Below, one piece after another: positions 45,859 to 55,234 of a DNA stretch of 64,000 bases; within the stretch, counting starts at the first letter, position 1; the number at the start of each line of letters is the position of its first letter. The notes beneath the pieces were generated by a model. That model ran no database searches. It saw only the letters and a list, made by a program, of their open reading frames with translations, and was not told where the DNA came from. The stretch is from a virus: the IMG/VR virus record IMGVR_UViG_3300045988_126226, positions 3,035 through 67,034 of that record; one strand, 5' to 3'. Made by a program: the position numbers and the translations under genes.

Positions 45859-46403
45859 CCAGTGATATGCACTTTGGACATGATCGAGAATTTATTTGGA
45901 AAGCTCGTGGTTATTCTTCAATTAAAGAAATGAATGAAGATTACGTCGAGAAATGGAATAGCATCATTTCTGATGAAGATGACGTTTATATTCTTGGTGA
46001 TCTAATGCTTGGAGAGCCTTCTAATATTGAATATGTTAAACGTCTTAAAGGCAAATTCCATATTGTATTTGGCAATCATGATACAGCAACTCGACAGAAG
46101 CTTTATGCGGATTTACCTAATGTTGTTGAAATGGATTGGGCGATTATGCTAAATTATCGTAAATACCATTTCTTTATGACCCATTTCCCTTGTATGACTG
46201 GCAATCTTGAAAGAGAAAATCTTCATCAAATGACTTTGAATCTTTACGGTCATACTCATCAAACCACTAATTTCTTTGAAGATCGACCTTATATGTATCA
46301 TGTAGGTGTTGATTCTCATCATGGCTATCCCATTAATCTTGATGTAATCATTGATGCTATGAAAGCCAAAGTTGAGGAATGTAAATCATTTCTTGATGAA
46401 TGA
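45843..46403 (+). CDS. metallophosphoesterase (186 aa)
   Basis: LTSDMHFGHD ... ILGDLMLGE ... VFGNHD ... GHTH. Confidence 0.5.
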   Translation: MAIFLTSDMHFGHDREFIWKARGYSSIKEMNEDYVEKWNSIISDEDDVYILGDLMLGEPSNIEYVKRLKGKFHIVFGNHDTATRQKLYADLPNVVEMDWAIMLNYRKYHFFMTHFPCMTGNLERENLHQMTLNLYGHTHQTTNFFEDRPYMYHVGVDSHHGYPINLDVIIDAMKAKVEECKSFLDE

Positions 46404-46413
46404 GGAAAACTAA

Positions 46414-46677
46414 ATGGCACTTTATGATTATAAAGGTAATGATTTAACAAAAAAACTCATTACTGGAAAAATGTCCTATGAAGATTGGGGAAAATTAATA
46501 ACAAGACAAATGGAAGAAGCAATTTACAAAGAAGTAAAAGAAAAATTGGAACAAGGTCCATTGGGTGTAGAAATCTCTTTCTTATGGGATGAAGATGGAG
46601 AATTTGAACATAATGGATACTACAATTCGATTGATGATGCTATTGAGGCATTATTCAAATATAAGTATAAAATTTAA
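46414..46677 (+). CDS. hypothetical protein (87 aa)
   Basis: ORF. Confidence 0.3.
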   Translation: MALYDYKGNDLTKKLITGKMSYEDWGKLITRQMEEAIYKEVKEKLEQGPLGVEISFLWDEDGEFEHNGYYNSIDDAIEALFKYKYKI

Positions 46678-46703
46678 AATTAAATAAATAAGGAGAATTA
46701 TTT

Positions 46704-48089
46704 ATGCCCGCTATTATTTCATTTATCCTTCCGGCAATTCCTGTAGTTCTTATTGCGCTACTGGTAATTTTCATTTTCCTCAATGGTTATGTAAAGGCTC
46801 CGCCTGATATGGCTTATATCATCAGTGGTGTCCATAAGAAACCTCGAATTCTTGTTGGTAAAGCTGGCTTGAAGATTCCTTTCTTCGAACGTCTGGATAA
46901 GCTGGCTCTTGGCGCAATTCAGATTGATGTAAAGACCGGATCTGCGGTCCCTACTGCCGAATACATTAATGTTCGTGTTGATTCTACGGTTTCTGTTCGT
47001 GTAGGTAGAGATCCTGAAATGATTGCCCTCGCCGCTCAGAACTTCCTTAACGTAGGCCGTGATGAAATTTCTCGTAAGATTAACGACCTTCTTGAAGGTA
47101 ATATTCGTGAGATCGTCGGTCAGATGAAGTTGACTGATATGGTTAGCGATCGTAAGCTGTTTAGTGAGAAGGTCCAGGAGAACGCAGTTCCTGATCTGGC
47201 ACGTTATGGTCTTGAGTTGATTACCTTTAACGTTCAGAACTTCTCTGATGATAATGATGTTATCACTAACCTCGGTATTGATAATGTCGCTCAGATTAGC
47301 AAAAACGCGGCAATCGCTAAGTCTAATGCGGAACGCGAGATTGAGGTCGCTCGTGCGGAAAATGCTAAGCAGTCTAATGACGCTAAGGTTAAGGCCGCTG
47401 AGGAAATCGCAATCCGCAATAACGATCTTGCTATTAAGCAGGCTCAGTTGAAGCAGGAAGCTGATACTAAGAAAGCTCAGGCAGAGGCAGCCGCTGGCAT
47501 TGAGTCTGAAAATCAGCGTAAGCTCAAGGATGTTGCTGCAACTAATGCAAATATCGCAAAGGCTGAGCGTGAAGCTGAACTGAAGCAAAAGGAAATCGAG
47601 CTTAAGGAATACGAACTGACTGCATTGGTTCGTAAGCAGGCTGATGCTGATAAGTATGCTGCGGAAAAAGCTGCTGAAGCAGACCTGATTCGTCGTCAGA
47701 AGGATGCTGAAGCTAAGGCTTATGAGATCGAGCAGGAAGCAAAAGCTATGCGTGCTCGCGCTGAAGCGGAAAAGTTCGCAGCCGAGCAGAAAGCTGCTGG
47801 TATTGCGGCCGTTGGTGAAGCTGAAGCCACAGCAATCGACAAGAAAGCAGAAGCACAGAAGAAGATGGGTGAAGCCTCTATCATTGAAATGTATTTCAAT
47901 GCAATGCCTCAAATCGTGGCAAATGCGGCAGCCCCTCTTACCAATGTAGATAAGATCGTCCAGTATGGTGATGGAAACTCTGCTCGTCTTGTAAAGGATG
48001 TTATGGGTTCCGCAAACCAGGTCATTGAAGCAATGTCTGAAAATGGTATCGACATTAAAGAGATGCTTACAAAGGCATTAAATAAGTAA
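46704..48089 (+). CDS. SPFH/band-7 (flotillin/YqiK-like) membrane protein with C-terminal Ala/Glu/Lys-rich coiled coil (461 aa)
   Basis: RBS AAGGAGAA; N-terminal TM helix then VKAPPDMAYIISGVHKKPRILVGKAGLKIPFFERLDKL...GLELITFNVQNF; EAEKFAAEQKAAG repeats. Confidence 0.5.
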   Translation: MPAIISFILPAIPVVLIALLVIFIFLNGYVKAPPDMAYIISGVHKKPRILVGKAGLKIPFFERLDKLALGAIQIDVKTGSAVPTAEYINVRVDSTVSVRVGRDPEMIALAAQNFLNVGRDEISRKINDLLEGNIREIVGQMKLTDMVSDRKLFSEKVQENAVPDLARYGLELITFNVQNFSDDNDVITNLGIDNVAQISKNAAIAKSNAEREIEVARAENAKQSNDAKVKAAEEIAIRNNDLAIKQAQLKQEADTKKAQAEAAAGIESENQRKLKDVAATNANIAKAEREAELKQKEIELKEYELTALVRKQADADKYAAEKAAEADLIRRQKDAEAKAYEIEQEAKAMRARAEAEKFAAEQKAAGIAAVGEAEATAIDKKAEAQKKMGEASIIEMYFNAMPQIVANAAAPLTNVDKIVQYGDGNSARLVKDVMGSANQVIEAMSENGIDIKEMLTKALNK

Positions 48090-48096
48090 TTTAAAT

Positions 48097-48133
48097 AGAC
48101 ACTATGATTTATTTCATAGTGTCTATTTTTTTT
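48097..48133 (+). terminator. rho-independent terminator
   Basis: AGACACTATGA-TTTATT-TCATAGTGTCT then TTTTTTTT. Confidence 0.75.
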
Positions 48134-48264
48134 ATCCCTGATCAACGCGATCGGCCGTAGTTCCAATCACTCACGCCCATAGAAATTTTTTTAATAAAAT
48201 GTTAAATGGTCATTTTTCATTAAAAATAAACCCAGTATTTATAAATAAATTAGGTAAATAAAAT

Positions 48265-48293
48265 TTGCAAAATCAAAAAAATTTTGCTATAAT
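48265..48293 (+). promoter_or_regulatory. promoter (TTGCAA -35 variant)
   Basis: TTGCAAAATCAAAAAAATTTTGCTATAAT. Confidence 0.5.
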
Positions 48294-48318
48294 TTATATT
48301 AAAGAAAGGATGAATAAA

Positions 48319-48771
48319 ATGTCTCTATCCGAAAAAGATGTTTTACTTTTAAAAATTAAAGTTTCTAAAGAGTTAGAAAATGGTATTTTATTTGATGACA
48401 ATGAATTGATTTTATAGTTAAATGAAATTTCTGATATCGAATATCAAGAAACTATTGCAATAATTTTTTATAATATTCAAAATTTTGAAAATCTTAGAAA
48501 TTTAGAATAGATTGACAAATTACAAGATTTCATTAATAAAATTAGTTATCTAAAAAATAATACTCAAGTTTTAACTGCTATTGATTATCTATTTTTAGAA
48601 GTAAAGTTAGATTCAGACACAAAAGAAAATAATATAGAATTCTTTAAGAATTATAAAATAAAAGAAAATAATTCTTTAAGATATTATTCTTTATTAAGTA
48701 GCATATTTATTAAATATCAATTATTTAACAAATTAGATGAATTAGAAAATATTGTAAAAAATTTAATGTAA
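48319..48771 (+). CDS. hypothetical protein (150 aa, 2 in-frame TAG)
   Basis: RBS AAAGGATGA; single frame across TAG 48415 and 48508. Confidence 0.35.
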
Positions 48772-48785
48772 GGAGGACATAACAT

Positions 48786-49547
48786 ATGGCTAATTGTACT
48801 ACATAGGGTTGTGTCGGAACTTGCTTTGTAAGCTGTAGTAATGGATGTGACCATGGTTGTGGCGGTACTTGTTCTCTGTGTGAAACTTGCGGCACTAGCC
48901 AATGCCAAGGAAGTTGTTCAGGAGACTGTGATGGAAATTGCTCTGGATGCGGAGGAGTTTGCCAAGGAAGTTGTTCAGGAGACTGTGATGGAAATTGCTC
49001 TGGATGCGGAGGAGTTTGTAGTAATAGTTGTTCAGGCGGATGTGATGGAGGTTGCTCTGGATGTGGCGGTTCTTGCAGTACCGATTGTAGTGGAAGCTGT
49101 TCTGGCGGATGTGTTGGATGTAGTGTTAGTTGTCGCACCGATTGTAGTGGAAGCTGTTCTGGCGGATGTGTTGGATGTAGTGCTAGTTGTAGGCATGACT
49201 GTTCTGCTTGTACTGGTAATTGTACGGGAGGCTGCGATAATGGATGTACCACTTCAGCTAATGTAAATCTTTATAATTCTATTAATTTAAGAATCGTTTT
49301 ATATGCTGCTGATATTGCAAATATTTATACTATGTTAAATAAAGAATTATCTAGGCGTGGATATAGTACTTTACCTACAAAAGTTTCTTCTAACAGTAAA
49401 GTTAATACAAACTTAAAAAATGAAATATTCACAAATATTTCTAAAATGTAGAACACTTCTTATAATGGAAATGTCTGTACTAAATCTGAGATGCAAAAAG
49501 CAATTACTGCTTTAAAGTCTTTATATTCTAAAATTTTAAAAAGTTAA
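48786..49547 (+). CDS. Cys/Gly/Ser-rich tandem-repeat protein (CSGDCDGNCSGCGG repeats), 2 in-frame TAG
   Basis: strong RBS TAAGGAGG then ATG 48786; 60-bp DNA tandem repeats; about 45 Cys in about 160 aa. Confidence 0.45.
48903..49198 (+). repeat. coding tandem repeats (two roughly 60-bp units, each duplicated)
   Basis: 48903-48960 is nearly identical to 48963-49020; 49081-49138 to 49141-49198. Confidence 0.7.
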
Positions 49548-49573
49548 TTTATAAGATAAAAAGGAGAAAAATA

Positions 49574-49882
49574 ATGAAAACAATTACAGTAAATGCTAAT
49601 AATGTAGAATTAAATGATAAATTAGAACGAGCTTATCAAGATCTTCTTGCTCGTCAAAGTATTATTACTTATATGATGAATAGCACTTCATTTAATAATA
49701 TGGATACTGATAATTATAAAAGATATCATCAAGAATACGTTGAAAAATTTATTGAATATGATAAAATTAGAAATAAAGTTGGAAAATATTATGATTTAGA
49801 AAAATATGGTAATAATGCCTATTGGAGTATTGACTTCCAAGCAAAAATTATTACAATAACAATTAATGATAATGCTGAATGA
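49574..49882 (+). CDS. hypothetical protein (102 aa)
   Basis: RBS AAAGGAGAAAA. Confidence 0.35.
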   Translation: MKTITVNANNVELNDKLERAYQDLLARQSIITYMMNSTSFNNMDTDNYKRYHQEYVEKFIEYDKIRNKVGKYYDLEKYGNNAYWSIDFQAKIITITINDNAE

Positions 49883-51171
49883 GACGTAAATTCGAATAGT
49901 ATAGTGATACAATTCAAAGATTATATCCAGAACTATGGAAAAATGAAAGCGATAAAGTTTTTGATATAACTTTACAGGTCACTGACGCTTGTAATTTAAG
50001 ATGTAGTTATTGTTATCAAACTTGTAAAAAAAATCATTTAATGGATTTTGAAACAGCTAAAAAATATATTGATATGTTAATAGTAAATCCTTAGAAAAAT
50101 GATTACTTTGACCCAGATAATATTATAGGTTTAGTCTTTGATTTTATTGGTGGAGAACCTTTTTTAAATTTAGATTTAATAGATAAAGTAATGGATTATA
50201 CAATTTCTAAATTAATTGAAATGAACAGTCCATTAATTTATTTTACAAGATTTTTAATTTGTACTAATGGAACATTATATTTTGATCCAAAAGTACAAAA
50301 ATTTTTAGATAAATATAAGCAATGGCTATCTGTTTCTATTAGTATTGATGGTAATAAAGAATTGCATGATGCTTGTAGAAAATTCCCTGATGGGTCAGGT
50401 AGTTATGATATTGTTGTAAAAGCAATAAAAGATTGGCGTAAAAAAACCGGAGAATATCCTTGTTCAAAAATTACTTTATCTCCTGATAATGTTATGTATT
50501 TAAATGATGCCGTAAAAGCTCTTTTAGACATAGGATTTACTTCTATATTAGGGAATGTAATTTTTGAAAAAGGTTGGACTTTAGAACACGCCAAAATTTA
50601 CTATAAACAATTACAAGAATTAGGACAATATCTCCTTGATAATAATTTAGAAGAAGATGTATATATTTCATTTTTTGAATATCCAGATTTGAAATTATTT
50701 AGGCCAAAAGATTGGACTAATAAAGATGATCTATAGAATTGGTGCGGCGGAAATGGAAGTATGATTGCTATGAATTATACTGGTAATTTATACCCCTGCT
50801 TACGATATATGGAAGATGCTCTGGGCGATTCCGTCCCACCTCTTATTATAGGAAATGTAAATAAAAATGAAATAGCAACAACAGAAAAACAAAAACAATT
50901 AACAAAAGAATTAAAAGCAATTAATTCTTATACTCAATCTTCTGACGAATGTCGTGAATGTCCTATTGCTAATGGTTGTGCTTGGTGTCAAGCATATAAT
51001 TATCAAGATACTGGAATTCTTAATAAAAGAGTTACTTATATTTGTCCTATGCATAAAGCTCGCGCTCTTGCCAATATTGAATTTTGGAATAAATATTATA
51101 AAAAACATAATATAGACGAAGAATTTCCAAATAATATGAAGCAAGAATGGATAGATGAATTATTAAATTAA
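49879..51171 (+). CDS. radical SAM enzyme with C-terminal SPASM-like Cys cluster (430 aa, 3 in-frame TAG)
   Basis: ATG overlaps the upstream stop (ATGA); DACNLRCSYCYQ CxxxCxxC motif; C-terminal WCGGNGSMIAMNYTGNLYPC ... CRECPIANGCAWCQAYN. Confidence 0.5.
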
Positions 51172-51174
51172 AAT

Positions 51175-51212
51175 AAAGGCGAAAGTATAATGCTTTCGCC
51201 TTTATTTTTTTG
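51175..51212 (+). terminator. rho-independent terminator
   Basis: AAAGGCGAAAG-TATAATG-CTTTCGCCTTT then ATTTTTTTG. Confidence 0.7.
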
Positions 51213-51273
51213 CTTTTTAATAATTTTTATGTTAATATATTTATAGAAATAGATAGAAAGGAGTTCTACTACT

Positions 51274-51711
51274 TTGAAAAAAGAACCTTTATTTAGTTAT
51301 AATCCTGAATCAGGCGAAGCTTCTTGTTTAATTGAAGACAAAGATGGTAATATTATTTATGGTATCGCTAAATGTCATCCTGATGATATGGATATGGCAA
51401 ATGAAAAAACTGGATGTAATTTTGCTTATAAACGAGCTTATATTAAAGTTTTACAAGCCTATAAAAAAGAATTAAAAATTCAACTTGGAGCTTTAAATCA
51501 ATTATATTATTCAATGAATAGAAGCAAATATTTTAATCCTAAATCTTATGAAAATAAAATGCTTCAAAGACAAATTCGCCAAAGACAAGAAGATATTAGT
51601 TATGTAAATGACTCTATTAAAAATGCTAAAGACGAATTAAATTATATTATAAAAGAAAAAGATAAATTTTACCAAAGTATTCGTAAACATCGTAATGAGG
51701 CCAAGAATTAA
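51274..51711 (+). CDS. hypothetical protein (145 aa)
   Basis: RBS AAAGGAG. Confidence 0.35.
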   Translation: MKKEPLFSYNPESGEASCLIEDKDGNIIYGIAKCHPDDMDMANEKTGCNFAYKRAYIKVLQAYKKELKIQLGALNQLYYSMNRSKYFNPKSYENKMLQRQIRQRQEDISYVNDSIKNAKDELNYIIKEKDKFYQSIRKHRNEAKN

Positions 51712-52018
51712 AAATAAAAGCATATAAATTTTTATAAATGTTAAGAGGTAAAAATCTTCAAATCCCTAATGAAAGGGTGAATATTTATTTTAACATTTAT
51801 ATTCGGAATAATATTTATCGCATTTTTATACCCAATAGGAGATAGTTTAGTTAGTTTATTGACAACTTTTCTCGAATTGGTAAAGGGAAAATTAACTCTA
51901 AAAATAGCAGAGTATAATTCCCAAATCGAAAAATTAGCAACCGATACAAAAACTTCAGTTCACGCAGTCGGATTTGCTATACCAAACATAGAAGAGGAAG
52001 AAGATGATGAGTACGAAG

Positions 52019-53266
52019 ATGTATAAATTTTATGATACTTGTAGTTTGCTAATGGCGGTTGATACATTTCTCCAAGAGGAAGAATATACACCTGTTATAT
52101 CTTCTATTACTTTAAAAGAATTAGAAAATATAAAAACATCATCAAATAAAGATGCTGATGTTAAATATTCAGCTCGTAAAGTATTACATAAATTGAATGA
52201 AAACCCTGATAATTATATTATCCAACTATTTAAATTAGATGGATTAAAAATAATTGAAGATTCTAACCTTCCAATTACTGACGATAGTAAAATTTTATCT
52301 ACCGCAATTGAATTTAAATTAGCCCATCCAAATACCATATTTATCACTAATGATTTATCATTAAAAGCGATGGCAAATCTTTTCTTTGACAAAGATCATA
52401 CTCAAAGCATAGATGAAGAATTAATTGATGAATATAAGGGATATGTAGAAATTACAATGTCAAACGCGGAAATGGCTGATTTCTATTCTAATCAATATGA
52501 AAATGTTTATAATTTACATATTAATGAATATTTAATTATAAGAGATAAAGATAATAATATCGTTGATAAAGTATGTTATACTGGTGATGGTTATCGTCCT
52601 ATTTCATTTGGTAATTTTGATTCTGCTCAATTTGGAAAAGTAAAACCTATGAAAGACGACCCTTATCAAGCTTTATTCGCAGATAGTCTTATTAATAATA
52701 CTATTACTATGGTTCGTGGTCCTGCGGGTTCAGGTAAAACTTATTTAAGTTTAGCTTTCTTAATGAATCAATTTGAACGTGGACGCATTGATAAAATTAT
52801 TGTATTTTGTAATACAATTGCCACTAAAAATTCTGCAAAATTAGGTTTTTATCCTGGCACTAGAGATGAAAAATTACTTGATAGCCAAATTGGCAATCTT
52901 TTAATTAGTAAATTTGGTGGTCGCTTAGCTGTTGAACGCATGATTGAAAATGAACAATTAGTTCTTTTGCCATTAAGTGATATCCGTGGTTATGATACTA
53001 CTGGAATGAAAGCGGGTATTTATATTTCTGAAGCACAAAATATGGATATTTCGCTTATGAAATTGACTTTACAACGTATCGGTGAAGATGGTATTTGTAT
53101 CATTGATGGCGATGATAAAACTCAAGTTGATGATATCGCTTTTGCTGGAGCCAATAATGGTATGCGTCGTGCTTCTAAAGTATTTAGAGGATCAGATGTA
53201 TATGGTGAAATTGAATTAAAACAAATTCATCGTTCTAAAATTGCAGCATTAGCTGAACATATGTAA
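52019..53266 (+). CDS. PhoH-like ATPase with N-terminal PIN domain (YlaK-like)
   Basis: MYKFYDTCSLL PIN-like start; MVRGPAGSGKTYLSLAF Walker A. Confidence 0.55.
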   Translation: MYKFYDTCSLLMAVDTFLQEEEYTPVISSITLKELENIKTSSNKDADVKYSARKVLHKLNENPDNYIIQLFKLDGLKIIEDSNLPITDDSKILSTAIEFKLAHPNTIFITNDLSLKAMANLFFDKDHTQSIDEELIDEYKGYVEITMSNAEMADFYSNQYENVYNLHINEYLIIRDKDNNIVDKVCYTGDGYRPISFGNFDSAQFGKVKPMKDDPYQALFADSLINNTITMVRGPAGSGKTYLSLAFLMNQFERGRIDKIIVFCNTIATKNSAKLGFYPGTRDEKLLDSQIGNLLISKFGGRLAVERMIENEQLVLLPLSDIRGYDTTGMKAGIYISEAQNMDISLMKLTLQRIGEDGICIIDGDDKTQVDDIAFAGANNGMRRASKVFRGSDVYGEIELKQIHRSKIAALAEHM

Positions 53267-53269
53267 TTA

Positions 53270-53310
53270 TAAGAAAGAGAAGATTTACTTCTTCTCTTTC
53301 TTTTTTATTT
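53270..53310 (+). terminator. rho-independent terminator
   Basis: AAGAAAGAGAAG-ATTTAC-TTCTTCTCTTTCTT then TTTTATTTT. Confidence 0.7.
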
Positions 53311-53328
53311 TGTGGAAAGGAGGATAAT

Positions 53329-54630
53329 ATGACTAATATTGAAATAACTTGGAATTATTTATATAAACAAATAAAAAACCCTTATGGAACGGCCGGGCTA
53401 ATGGGAAACTTAAAAGCTGAATCAAATTTTAATCCAAAAAATCTTCAAAATAGTTTTGAAAAGACACTTGGATTAAATGACGAATAGTATACAAAACAAG
53501 TAGATAATGGTAAATATACTAATTTTATTTATGATAAAGCTGGATATGGTTTAGCTCAATGGACTTATTGGAGTCTTAAAAAACAATTATATGATTTTAC
53601 AAAAAAGAAAAATACTTCAATAGGAAACTTAAATACACAACTTGAATTTTTAATTTATCAACTTTCTACATATTATCCTACCGTTTGGAATACTTTAATA
53701 AATTGTAAAGATATATAGACTGCTTCAAATATAGTTTTAACATAGTTTGAACGACCAAAAGATTAGAGTTTAAAAATCCAATAGTAGAGATTGTATTATG
53801 GAGTTGAAATATATGATCAATTTATAGGAAAAGGTGAAGATATGAAAATTATAGATAATTTAACAACATCTAATTATCAAAAAGGTAATAATAGAAAAAT
53901 AAAATATATTGTAATACATTATTTTGGTTCTTTAGGAACAGCAAAAAATATTAGTAATTATTTTAAAAATCCTGTCGCTAAATCATCAGCTCATTATTGC
54001 GTTGATGAAAAAGATATTATTTATCGTAGCGTTAAAGATGAAGATATTGCTTGGCACTGTGGCACAAGAAAAGGATATAAGCATCCTGAATGTAGAAATG
54101 CCAATTCTATTGGAATTGAAGTAAGACCCTGTAAAATAAATAAATCTAATATTGTAGCCAGTGATACTGATTGGTATTTTGATCCAAGAGCATTAGAAAA
54201 TACGGTACAATTAGTAAAGCAATTAATGTAGAAATACAATATACCAGCGAACCGCGTTATTCGCCACTATGATGTAACTGGTAAATTATGCCCTCGTCCA
54301 TTATGCGGAACTGACATGAATAGTTATTATAGAACAAGTGGCGATTACCAATGGTAGTTATTTAAACAAAAAATTGGTGATAATATAAATATTAATGAGG
54401 AGGATGAAGATATGACTCAAGATAAATTTAATGAAATGATGGAAGTTTATTTAAATCAACAAGCCGAAAAAAATGCAAGTTCTTGGTCTGATACGGAAAG
54501 AACTTGGGCTGAAAGTAAAGGATATATTAAAGGCGATAATTTAAATCGTAAAATGTATAAAAAATTTATGACTCGTGAAGAAATGATTGTAGTTCTTTAT
54601 AGAATTATGAAAGATAAAGGGTTGGTGTAA
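53329..54630 (+). CDS. endolysin: N-terminal lysozyme-like domain plus amidase_2 (PGRP) N-acetylmuramoyl-L-alanine amidase; about 7 in-frame TAG; in-frame continuation through TAG 54356 into a C-terminal module that has its own strong RBS (54412)
   Basis: RBS AAAGGAGGA; GTAGLMGNLKAESNFNP; IVIHYFGS...AHYCVDEKDIIY...AWHCG...SIGIEV...RHYDVTGKLCP. Confidence 0.55.
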
Positions 54631-54631
54631 T

Positions 54632-55027
54632 ATGAAACAAAAAAGAGAATTTTCTAAAACTCTATTAATTCAAGAATCTGCCTTAATTTGGATTTCAACA
54701 TTAGCATATATTGTTTTAGCATTTTATTGTATTTATAATGGATATATGGGTTCTTTACCCTGGCTTACCGCAAGCGCAAGTCTTCCTTGGGCGGCATATG
54801 GCGTGAGCCAAGTATACTATTATAAAAAATCAATGGCTGAAAATACTAAAGATGGCGTTAAATATGCGTCAGTTATGAAAGAACTTGATGAAGCTTATAA
54901 TAATTATAAAGAAGAATTAAATAATACACCAACAGTAGATAATACTGAAACTACTTCTATGAGTTATTATACCGAAGACGATTATAGCGATAATAGTGAT
55001 CCTATAAATACTGATTATGGTATTTAA
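54632..55027 (+). CDS. holin (two transmembrane helices, charged C-tail)
   Basis: directly follows the endolysin; LIWISTLAYIVLAFYCIY and LPWLTASASLPWAAYGV helices. Confidence 0.5.
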   Translation: MKQKREFSKTLLIQESALIWISTLAYIVLAFYCIYNGYMGSLPWLTASASLPWAAYGVSQVYYYKKSMAENTKDGVKYASVMKELDEAYNNYKEELNNTPTVDNTETTSMSYYTEDDYSDNSDPINTDYGI

Positions 55028-55034
55028 TATAAAA

Positions 55035-55072
55035 TTGGATAGTATATAAAATATACTATCCAATTTTTTTAT
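55035..55072 (+). terminator. rho-independent terminator
   Basis: TTGGATAGTATAT-AAAA-TATACTATCCAA then TTTTTTT. Confidence 0.75.
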
Positions 55073-55165
55073 TTATATCTCTGGGCGCTTCTCTTAAATA
55101 TATTATACAAAAATTTTTTATCTCTGTCAAGTTTTATTTAAATCGGCATTTTAAGCCACGATTTT

Positions 55166-55194
55166 TTGACTTTCCAAAATATTTTTGTTATAAT
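55166..55194 (+). promoter_or_regulatory. conserved phage promoter
   Basis: TTGACTTTCCAAAATATTTTTGTTATAAT. Confidence 0.5.
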
Positions 55195-55234
55195 ATATTT
55201 ATAAAATAAAGAAATATGTTATTGGAGAAAAAAT

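Noticed and set aside
48841-49266. Alternative + frame ORF across the Cys-rich repeat region
   Set aside because: The frame beginning at ATG 48786 has the strong RBS and gives the Cys-rich repeat protein. The other two open frames exist only because of the 60-bp tandem repeats.
51769-51780. TGA reassignment to Trp
   Set aside because: The only suggestive case is the in-frame TGA at 51778. Several well-supported genes (MVP-like, methyltransferase partner, RNA ligase) terminate at TGA with no extension, so TGA appears to be a normal stop.
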